From assembly GCA_002633005.1 (NCBI GenBank), contig NMRA01000327.1, positions 19,037 through 68,917 of the forward strand: DNA of 49,881 nt. The letters run 5' to 3'. The stretch is from Phoronis australis (taxonomy: Eukaryota > Animalia > Phoronida). Below the pieces are notes generated by a model, which ran no database searches, was not told the origin of the DNA, and saw only the letters and a program-made list of their open reading frames with translations. The position numbers were made by a program, and so were the translations under genes. Of this stretch, positions 13,501 through 25,500 are shown one piece after another. Within the stretch, counting starts at the first letter, position 1; every line of letters starts with the position of its first letter.

Positions 13501-16500
13501 ATAGTATAAGCTAATCACATGTGTGTGGTAATGAAAATGACCCAGAATTCCCTTTCTCTTGTGCAGTGATAATTTCCTGTTCTTCCAGAGCCTGTTGTGG
13601 AGATGGGTTCAGTTTGTTCTCCAGTGACAATGGCATAGTGATGACCTGTGGTGATGGCACAAAGGGGTGCTTGGGTCATGGTGACTGGTGTTCTACTGCC
13701 AGACCTAGACTGATTGAGGCATTATTGAGGTATGTGTAGGTACAAAGAGCTGCTTGGGTCATGTGACTGGTGTTCAACTGTCAGTGTTCAACTACCTGAC
13801 GTGTTCAACTGTCAGTGTTCAACTGTCAGTGTTCAACTGTCAGTGTTCAACTGTCAGTGTTCAACTGTCAGTGTTCAACTGTCAGTGTTCAACTACCAGT
13901 GTTCAACTGCTAGACCTAGACTGGTTGAGGCATTGAAGACATGTGTTGGTCTAATGAGTCACCTGTTCCTTGAAAGTGATCATATTCACAATACTGTTAC
14001 CTGAGTTCTGAACGAAGTATAAAAGTTTGGACAAAATGACAGAATGATATTTTACAATTGGCTTTTGTTGAAGATGGGACTTGATCAATTGTAAAAAATT
14101 GTATTTTAAGTTGAATTTTGAGCAAAATATGGTTTATTTTATTGATTGTCTAGAGTGTTAAGAAAAACCATTAACTGAAAACATATACATGTTTAGTCTT
14201 TGTTCATTTCTTGTTGTGTAATGGTTTATTTTTAGCCTATATTTTGCTTCATTTGGCAATTTGGTATTTTCCACAAAAAGTCAACAGTTTTACTTTTGCG
14301 TTCTGCACACTTGGCTATGTCAAGGTGGCTGAATTCATTAGTACCCGTTAATCATTGCAGTGTTGATGTCTCAGCTGTGGACTGTGGAAAGGAACATGTT
14401 GTCATCGTGGGTAGTCAGGGACAGGTGTATTCTTGGGGACAAGGTGCTGCCGGGCGACTGGGGCATGGAAATGAGGAAGACTGGTGAGTGGGGGAGAAGT
14501 TGGTTCAAATTCCACTAGGTGGTACTGCTGTAGTCTGGAGTAAAGTGTCTGTTCTCTGTTTGTATGATAAGTGTGACTCCTGCCTCAGAACACATGAAAG
14601 TTATAGCTTGGGAAGCCCTCTTTAAAAATCTCTTCAGCAATAGGAAGGCAATTTTGGAATTTAATACAGAAAGTTGTTGTTCCTAATTTTACCAGGTAAC
14701 GTTATTGCCTGGTTGTAATTCTTTGATTGCTTCTGTGGCATATATTTATCGTCACAACTAATTCTAGGTTACTGTTCACACTTCTTGTGTTTATTGTTAT
14801 CCCTGTGTGGCTTTAAATTATTTGTATCAAATTTAGATTTGTGAAGACCATCATGTTTCAAAAATCTTACAATAGGTAGAAACTTTGCCATCTGATTTTT
14901 AGCCAAGAGCTCTTTTTCAGTGTATTTTTGTTCTAAGGCACTGCTCGTTTTTTGTCCTGCTTGATGTGTTGAGAATTATGGATAGTGGCATTTGTGGTTA
15001 AATTTGATATTGTATTGCCTTGTCATCAGCTGTGAACCCAAGGAGGTGGTAATATCAGAACCAGTGAAGATCCGTGATGTGTGTTGTGGTGATGATGGTA
15101 CTATGGTACTAACTGATGTGGGCAGCTTGCTGGCCTTTGGCAGTAACCAAGACAACAAGCTGGGACTAAACCACAGGCAAGGGTTCCTTATGGCCATGAA
15201 GAATATCTTCAACAAGGTAACACTTGCTGACTTTCATTTACCTTTTTACAGTATTTCAACATGTAACTATGCTTAGTGAGTTGTGAAATACTCAATTATG
15301 TAATTGCANATATTTTAAAACAAAATAGTCAAAGATGACTGTCTAATTTATTAAATTTTTCATCTTGACAGTTTAGGAAATATGGACATTTTTCACCTCC
15401 ACAGTTTCTGAAATAAAGATGTTTTTCATCTTTACTACCTCTGAAATAAGGACACTTTTCATTTTTGACAGCCTCTGAAATAGACATTTTTCATCTTAGC
15501 CACTTTTGAAATAAAGCATTTTCCAACTAGAACAACCGTAACATCTCCTTGACCTAAAAAGTTCAATTGAATGTCACATTTCTTGCAAACATTTTAAGTC
15601 TTGTCAGCACGTCATCTGTTGGCCACATCACATGACCTAATGAATATAAGTCTGAAAAGATTTCTGCCCCGCATCAGGACGTGATGTGGCCAACAGATGG
15701 CGTGCAACATAGATCTTCAATGCCATATTGAGATTGACATATTCATGTCACATTTCTTAGTTTTGTAAGTGTGATGTTTTCTTAAACAAATGAGTAAAAT
15801 AAATTATCCATTGACTAATAGAAGACCAGAATATTGTCATCACAATACAATCACAGTACAGATGGGTTTATTTTCTGGCTCTGATTTACAATAAGTTCTG
15901 ACTGTTAGATACCAATTTTGACTAGACTTTCATTTGTGTGGTAATTTATGAAACAATCCGTGAAACCTCTTAATCTCATATCATTAGTAAAATATTTTAA
16001 TGTTTGCAATATATGTCAATACTTTGAGGAAGCTTGAAACAATGACAGTAAATTTCTTATTATTTCTGGAATCTGTGCAAATGAAAAAGTGTACTCATAA
16101 GTATATAAAAAGAGTAAAGGGGAGAGAGAAACTATACTGGATACATCACTTTGCATTTTGGTCCAGGAACCCTGAGATGATCCTATTGCCACATAATCTG
16201 GTGGTTTTTGCCTTTGACTGTTGAGAAGTTAGAATAAGAGTGCAATAACACTCACTATTTGCTAACTAAAGATAATTTGATGTTTCTTGATGCACGCAAT
16301 ACATGTTTACATTTTAGAATGAGGTGGAGGGAGCCAAGTCTCCTTGTGTTGTGCGTGCTATGGCCCGCCACTGTGTCACTTCCATCTCCATGGCATCCAC
16401 GCACAGTGCCGTGCTCGTGGAGTCTGGTCACGTGTACACATTTGGACGGAACACGGAGGGACAGCTGGGCACAGGCAATAACAAAGCTCAGAATGCACCG

Positions 16501-19500
16501 ATAGAGGTGAAGACTCTCAGTGATAAAATAGTGTTGGTAAGTGTGCAAGCAATCTCATCAAACTGTTTATAGAAACCGAGTAAGTTGTTATGATTTAATG
16601 TAATTGAAAGCTAGTCATAATACTTCTGTAATCAATTCTTCATGTTTAATGCTGCTTTGTTTTGAAAATTAATGAACTTGACTTTTAAAGTTATCATGTT
16701 AACACTGAAATTTTAATCCAAATCCATCTAACTATGTGTGACATGTGTCTTTCAAGAGAGTTCAGTGTACTGACACATTCACTGTAGTCAGCACTAAAGA
16801 GGGTGAGCTCATGTTCTGGGGCACCTTGTACAAATCTCACACGACCAACAGTGCCACTGACGATTCTCACAAGACCTCGGACACCTCTGCACAGAGTGCC
16901 CCTGTTCAGCATGTCCAACAACGCTCCAGCACGTCCAGTATTAGTAGTCTCAATAACAGTGGCGGTCACAAGGAAAAGCCGGGTTCAGCCAGCAGCACAT
17001 CAAGACAGTCCAGTAAGTGTCAAGTCCTTCCAATCAGTCCTTGTTTGGCCAGTGGTTTTGCTTGAACCATCTTTGTTGCTGTCAGCCAGAATGTAGTTTT
17101 TGCGAACATCAAATATGACAAGGGAGATCATCGGTAATGTGTGGAAACTGTGTACCTTTTGTTGCAGGTACAATTGAGTGGGATTAATGGAATGTTTGGA
17201 GGTCTGAGAAATCTCATCCATAGCCTACCATTCAACAAGCTTCACGTTCTGACAGTCTGTTGTATTCTTTAGGTCAGGCTTTGAACAAATTGTTGGTAAA
17301 CATGGATCATAAAAGTCACGATGATTTTTAACACACATATGCATCACCACTTTATAGTTTTAATGCTTACCAAAATCTTTTTAATGAGATGTATCCATAT
17401 TTTACTAGATTCTGTGTCAGTATGTTATCTTCCTTTTCTTGTGTCTGGCTACATCATATTTGTGCGGTGTGCACTGTCTTGTGTGACACTTGCTCATTAT
17501 TACATTATTGTATTATCATGTCTCCACAGACTTTATGCCCGAGATGCAGAATGAGACAGTGACTGGTGAGCACAGAGTGCATGACCGACAGGCCAGTGTG
17601 GACAGTAATGTAAGCTCAGCATCTGGTGGTGCCTTGGACACCAGTCAGTCATCCAAGTATCATGGCTTCAGGCCTTCAAGTAAGTGAACTTCACATTGGT
17701 CTGTAGCATGTGTCTCCTAATCACATGACAGGGTAAATTTGATTTTTTGTTGTTAGTAGTTCTGCTGTGTTTGATTAGTGCAATGTTAATTCATAGGGAT
17801 TCTGTGAATAGACCTATGGCCAGGATTTTGAGTGACAGCTTAACTGACCAATCAGAAAGCAGAATTCTTGACACACCTTCATTTCCAAGCTGCCATTTTA
17901 CTTGACAAACATCTTGTTGTCGGATAAAATTTTTTCTTGTTTGTCGACTTTTGGAAGGGGTCGGAGCTTGCGATAGGTCAGTTGCTCCATTATGATAAAA
18001 ACTTGCTCCACCAGTGATATCAAACACAGTCTTCATGTCTTTGTTATCGAAGGAGGGGGGCATTTTCCAAGTCAAATTGACCTGTCAGACAGTCTGTTCC
18101 ATTTAATTTGATTAAAATGAACCTGCTGCTTTCTCATGAGTTCGCTTCATTTCCAAAAAAGGGCCTAATAGTATTTGAATCTTTATCTGGCAGGTTGTTT
18201 TGTCATTAAATACGTTTTGTTGTTAGTTAGCTTTCAATTTGTTACATCATTCCGAGCACAGTCTGAGTAAAAATAACAATACTAGATATTATGAAATTAA
18301 GCATAGGTTCCAGATTCAATGATAAAGACTACATGGTAAGTCCAAAAGCAGTTAATAGTAGCAGGCTGGTGTACATTATTACACACTAAATGCAGTGTTC
18401 AGACACCATACAGAACTGGAGTACACACTCAGACTCTATACAGAACTAGAGTACACGAAGACCATATAGAATTGCAGTACATAGACACCATGCAGAACTG
18501 GAGTACACACTCAGACTCTATACAGAACTAGAGTACACAAAGACCATATAGAATTGCAGTACATAGACACCACATAGAAGTGGAGTACACAGACGCCATG
18601 TAGAACTGGAATATAGACAGATTCCATTACGGAAACAGCCGAATTCCTGGGAAGCGCCATATTGAGGTCACGTCATTACAGGCATGTCATACTAAACGCT
18701 GTAGTCAGGCAAATGTCAGTAGTCTGTCTATAAAACAAGCCTTCTGAGTTGGTGTGCCTGCTTGTGTTTTGTATTTGGTAGCAGATCAGCTGATTTGAAA
18801 TCATTGATAGGGAATGAAACCTAAAGTCAGTACAAATCACACAATACTGCAAAGTATATGGTTGCAATTGCACCAAAAATGGGTACACCATGTACGTATC
18901 TAAAGCATTTGGGGGGCAGGTGTAGTGACAAATACATTGTTCAAAAATCTGGATTTCTGGAATACCTTTTACCCAAAGACACAGTTAAGACAGATAGAGG
19001 TTTTACTATTGGTGAACTCCTGTTTCCAAGACGAGTTAAGTTAAACATACCAGCTTTCACCAAAGGCAAGTCACACCTTAGTCAAAAAGATCCGACAAAA
19101 AACACAGCGCATTTCCACAGTAAGAATCCATATGGAGCGAGCAATATGGAGACTTAAAAGTTTTCAAAATTTTGAGTACCAGTATTCCAGTGTAAAGCAC
19201 AGAATCAGTGGATAACTACTTGATTTTCTGTGCTGGGCTTGTGAACCTACGTGCTGATCTGATCAGAGATCAAAATTTGTAAGACATGGACTAACTTCCA
19301 GAATTTTTATGTTGCCCATTCCAAGTGGTAACATGTACCGTTTCAATAAATATCTGAAAGTAAAATGTAAGCAATCGTGCAACAGTTTGCTCAACAAAGC
19401 TTTCACTGTGTAGCACATCTACGTCATAATAAAGTCATTGTCACGAACTTTAAAATTAGCGCGCACGTAAATAATTAAAGTTGGTGCTTCTGTTTTGGCC

Positions 19501-22500
19501 TATAACAAATGTGATCAAAGTCATTGTCAGTTGTGTACAGAACTAGTTTTTCCAGTACAAAACATGGTCGTTGATACTATTTTTTAAATGGACTGTTTGA
19601 TATGGGTATCACCAGGACAGTAATGCGGTGCAACTGAACTAAGTGACTCACGAAAACAATCTTAAGACCAGTTCCTAAGATTGTTTTCGTGAGTCACTAA
19701 GTTCAACTAATGGAAATCATAAGAAATTCATCACAATGTTGCAATATTAGGAAATGGTTATTTGGCCCTGGGATGTTTCTGTGAACACTGTGTCATCCTG
19801 TCTAGAACATGTGTGGATAGATTCCAGGGGACAGTTCAGTCTCAAGAAAGTAAACAAATCATAACAGTACATGACCAACGCTGGAGGAGATCCATTTGAA
19901 ATAATTAAAACCCAAGTTAGAATAATAAACAAACAACAAATTCATGTCAGATCACATATTTAATAAAACAGACCTTATACAACCCAGGAATACGACTTTG
20001 AATAGCTCACTACCATGCTGAACAGCTGTGCTGTTTTTGTTTTTAGCATTCCTGTAGTGGCTGACTTCGGTATGCGAAGCCTGTGGCTGTTTTGTAAAGT
20101 ATAGTATGAAGTTACACAATCTCTGTCTTTATAGACACTACATAGAACTGGAGTACACAGACACCGCATAGAACTGTTAGTATCCAGACATCTTATAGAA
20201 CTGTTTAATTGCAGGCAGCACTCCTAGACGTCCAAAGAGTTCTGAGGGTGGTAAAGATGATGGCGAGATACAGTTCTTCAAACCAAACACTTTGTTGATG
20301 TAAGTTTCTTTTAGTTCCAAAACCAAAAGTTATTTGTCAAAGGCAGATGTGTAACCGACACATCTTTGTATTAGGCTAGTGTTCAGAATGCACTAAGTTG
20401 ATTGTAATGTGTTATAAGCTATTAATCATTTCCAGATTGGTGTTTTTTGATGGATGTCAGCTGAGTATGTTTTGTTTGTATTCTTATCCATCTATGTGGA
20501 CATAGTCCAGCTGTGCAAAAACTAGAAGCCTGAACTATGCATATTTCTGAAGTCTACTTGTTTTGTTCTAATATTATTCAAATTCAAAACCCAAGTTCCA
20601 TAATGATTGCAGATGTATGTATGTTACAACATAAAAAGTTATGCAAGACATGCACTCAGGCTGTGAACGTGTCATATCTGTGAGATCTCTGTGGTCTAGT
20701 GTACTCAGGCTGTGAACATGTCACATTTGAGGTCTCTGTAGTCTAGGGTCTGTACAATATCACCAGACGCGTTCTTGTTGTTGACAGGATGGAGAAGGTT
20801 CAGGGAGAGGAGTCAATATCTCTGTCCAGTTTCTACTGCCACGGGACACATATCTTTGTACAGGTGGAGACGACCGCGCCCTTTGCCCCACCGCGCAGAC
20901 GAAGGAGTAGGAGAAAAGCATTCAGCAAGTAAGCAGGGGAGTGCGTGGTGACTGACTTCATTGTAAGTAGGGGGGTGACTGACTTGGCTGTGGGTGAGGG
21001 GTGACTGACATCATTGTAAGTAGGGGATGACTGACTTAGGTGTAAACAGACACTGGGTTTGTGTATTTTATGTGGTATGCTCCTTCCCCTTCCTGGAATG
21101 TTTGATTGTATTTTTATGAAAATATAGCCAAACCCCCCTTCATTTTCTGTACATCTTATCTAATGGGATTGTGTTTCATTACGAAGACTGCGCTCTAGGT
21201 TGAGCATGAATCAGATAGTTTTGATTTCTTACAGAAGTCAAAATGGGAGCCAGTTGGAAATACCCACTGCACCAACCAAGCTGAACTCGGCATCCAGTCG
21301 TGACGCTGGCAGTGAATACTCGTCAGATACGTCAGAGCTGGATACGTATGGAACTGTGAGTTGTTAGCAATAGTCTTACACTCTGATCTGTTAGCTGCAG
21401 TCTCCATGTTGGATTGGAATAATGTCAGTATGCTGTCAAAGGCAGTTCTTGTGGTTGCTGTGACATCTCAGAGTCATGTTTAGATTCTTTGTTTGAATAA
21501 TGTGCTTTGCTTGAAAATTGCTCAACAATTTTCAGTTGTGGAAGAACTACTTTTAATTTAAGATGATCATATGAAGTGTCTGTACCAGAAGTCTCTAATT
21601 CATGAATTCAGTTTTTGTTAAGAATGAAATTAAATATCAAATACCGTATAGTTTATGTCACATTTTAGGCTGACTCTTAAGTATTGCTTTCATTTTTGAA
21701 ACCATTGGCAGGAATACTAGAATCTAGGATCAATTGTTCATGCTTGGTTTTCTTTTCTGAAGATTCCAGCTTGGATCCAGCAGGAATTGTCTGCGGCGAA
21801 GGGGAGTCATGAACAGCCAATTGATGACGTCGATGGTCAGTCATCTGAGGAGGCAGAAGATGGTGCCACTAGACTGAATGAGTCATTCTCCAGTATTCAA
21901 CTCAACAGGGACCTCAAGAGGGTGGGACAAAAAGCAAAGCCAAAAATTAAAAAGGTAAATAATTTTAGTTGGCATACCTCTGTATGTAATTTTTATAATA
22001 AACTGAACAAAGATGAAAGAGACGATGTGAAAGTGATTGTTTTAGCATTTCTAGTCTGCTGTCGTCATTATTTTGTCCAAATGTTGACATTTGCTGATCC
22101 TCTTTTTCTTTACATGTTTCAAAAGTTGACAATGAATTACAAGATATCTCTCAATTCCACTCTCATTTGTTTGTTACTAGGCTTTACCACTCACATCAGA
22201 GAGTGGTGTTGAGTGCACTCCAGTTGAGGACCTGTCCAGTAGTAGCTTGGACAGTGAGATTGAGGAAATGTAAGTAGTCTGCTGTTAATGGCTTCATTTG
22301 TTGTTCACATTTATTGTCAGTTAAAATCTATTGTTTTGTAGATATTTAGCTAAGTACATAGACTTGTCGGTGATGTTCTACATAAAGTTAATAAAGTCAG
22401 AGTCCTAGTGTTGACTCAAAACCTAGATCTTTGGTGTAAATTAGCAGAGTCTCTTACCATACAATGTCGCTAACAATACATCAGTTCTGTTAAGTATTGC

Positions 22501-25500
22501 TAACAATACCTCAACACTGTTTCATACAAACATTGTTTTTATTAATATGCCAGAATTGTCCCAAAGAAGAGTGAAGAAGCACCAAATAAAAAACTGACCA
22601 CGATCCCAGCGGGCAGGAAGTTGACTGGCGCGTCACCATATAAGTCAAAGGTCATGCTTGGGGGAGGACAAACTCAAAAACCTCTGAACAGACTGCGGGC
22701 TCAGAACAAGGGGAGAGGCAGAGGGTGTGTAGTTTGTATCATAAATAGTATAGCTCATTCTTTGTGAAGAACTGTACTGTACTGTTCACAAATATTTTGT
22801 CGAATGAATAGTAATGAGGCATCATTGGCCAACTCGATGATGGTATGGAGTGACCAACAGCCCGGAAAAGAACTGATTGCACTTCAGATGTCCGGAGGTG
22901 TTCCCCAGCCAGCATGAAGATATATTCTGAAGCAGTCCGTCTGGCATGAGTTTTTTCTGTGCATGAATATTTGACAATGTGGATTATTTCTAATTTCCTG
23001 TTGAAGAGTCAATGTTTTCATTCACTAAGTTAACAGTTTTGTAAGAATCAGTGAATCTTATTTAGTGTAATATATTCATGTGAAATACCACGTTGACGTA
23101 AAAGAGCCAAATGAAGAAAGAAACTCCTGTGATAAAATGTCAATTTTGAAATTGATTGCCATGAAACGTTTCTGTTGAAACTTATTCTTTCAATGTTAGG
23201 TGTTGTTTTATTATACCCTTACTACAGTAAAATCTCATAAATTTAGGATTTAAAGCAGACAAGTGAAATATTATTGTATTTTCCAATTTTGTTCATAAGA
23301 TGTAGCATCAAATTAATGGTTTTCTGTATTCACTTTGTGTACCATAGCTACCACAATGTCAAGTTAAGCTATTCATTCTTTTTGTCCAAAGTTGGTGAGA
23401 TTGTATCACATTTGTCACGGCCGATTAGTGGGAATTGTTTTTCTAATGTTGCACATTTTGTGTTCACTGCTTGCTTCCTGTTGCAGCACTGAGCAGGTCC
23501 AATCAAACTCTAGAGAGTCTGACTCACCCGTCCCTCGAGGGTTACTTTCAGAGGTGACCCACAGGAGGAGAGAAGATGCCATTCAGGTAGACGGCGATGT
23601 TGCTTGTAATATGGAAGCTAATCTCGCTCTAAATCTTGCAATGTCTTCACCAGATGAAAAACTGAGAAGGGAATTCAAAGAAGACAAGATAGGGAGAAAG
23701 ATTTTTAAAAAAAATGAATTCTTAATGCAGTGACCTTTTTCATTATGTTCAGTCATTCTCATACAAGTTGCATTACTGTTTGTTTTTTTGTCTCGTTTGC
23801 TTGTGGTTCTGAGTACACAGTTATGTTAAATGAACTCCCAATGTCTCTGTTGTCATGCACTTTTTGTTGAAATTGGTTGAAAAATTAGTGCATTTAGTTC
23901 TTTAAGTAAATTCTAATGTTATAATTCCCTTGACAAGTCACACACTTCGTAAATATTTTCTAGTGTTGTAGCATTTTCACAATTTTGTTGTTAATCTCTC
24001 AGTCCTTTTCCTCAGCTGTTCGCCATAACATTACAGTAACTATAATTGTACATTTTTGTTCGCATGTTCATTAGGTGTTTATTTTTTAGTTCAGAGCTCT
24101 AGTTGCAGAAGCTGATGCATTACTGATTTACTCACTTTGTTGTTTGTCTGGCATTTCAGCAAGAGCTGGAGAGGTTAAAAGCTGAGAAGGCAGAAGCTGA
24201 TCAGAAAATCAAAGACATGCAGCGCCAGCAACAACAGCAGGCTGAAATCATTAGGAGGGATGCAGAGATTAAAGCCAAGGTTAGGTGGTCATGGTGATCT
24301 CCTTGATAATCTTCATTTTGTTTGTTCAGCCTGAATGTCTACTTAAAGGAATGAGCCAAAAGTAATGGGACAGAATGTCCCAGAATTCCCTATTGTGAAA
24401 GCTTCCTGCCATTGTGTCCGTGCATCATGACCAACAATAAAAGGGGGGATTTAACGGAATGTTTACAAGTTGGAGATGTTTGTTATGTAGCAAGTCTCTG
24501 CTAATCGTTTTTGCTGTTTTATGTTTGGTGTGTGTTTCAGGTTATTGTATTTCAGTGGCATAATACACTTGATAACTCATATGACCAATTGTTGTATTTG
24601 TTTTAGGAAAGAGAACAACAGTTGGAGAAGGAAGTACTACAATTGAGAACTGAGCTGTTACAGCAAAGTAACAAGATGCAGGATAACTACAATGTTGTCA
24701 TTGACCTGCAGGTAAATACTAGTAAGGTCGAACATGTCATTGACCTGCAGGTAAATACCAGTCAGGTGGAACATGTCATTGACCTGCAAGTTCATACTGG
24801 TCAAATAGGCCAAGTGGAACCTTGGGTTGGTATTCGCCTTAAGTCAAGTTGGTGAAATGAATATATATATATATATATATATTAGTAGTTTCTGATTTAC
24901 TTCATATGTAAGATTTACTGTAAGGATTGAATGTTTTATAAAGTACTTGACAGTCAAAAATTTTTTTTGTTAATTGAGCTCACCATATGCATTGTTTCCT
25001 TTCTAATTTTTACTTTTGTCTAATAAATGAAATTGCGTAAAGAGATGTTATCGATTTCATGTCCAGAAATGCATTTTTGGGATTGTTGGATGAAGCAGAC
25101 TTCTTGGTTATTAGCATTGACCAGAGCATTGACCATAACCTTAAAACAACAACAAAATCCGTACGGTTGTGTTTTCGTGATTTTATTACAAATTGCCAAT
25201 TCTCATCGTTGTCTGCCAGACATTCATTGAAATCAAGGCAGGTGAGTGTAATAGTTACTGTTAACTATTGAGTCAGGTTTAAATCGACTCGTGGACTGTG
25301 GCCACAGAATTTGCAGTTTCGATTTCACGCTAAGGCTGATCTCTGTTGATAAGGTCCTTTTTATGAGTAGAAAATTACTGTATTGAATTTAACTGGACTT
25401 TTGATAAATTGTTTTTAGCTACTGCAGACATGATAATGTTTAAAGTATTGAGATTTGAACTGTTGAGCATGAGCAAAATCTGCTGAGGAGAATGAACAGT

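Larger units (their letters stand above)
18615..20128. mobile_element. ISL2EU/PIF-Harbinger-like DNA transposon relic (~1.5 kb)
   Basis: Interrupts the minisatellite; short imperfect TIR agacag...ctgtct; contains a DDE_Tnp_4-type fragment. Confidence 0.7.
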
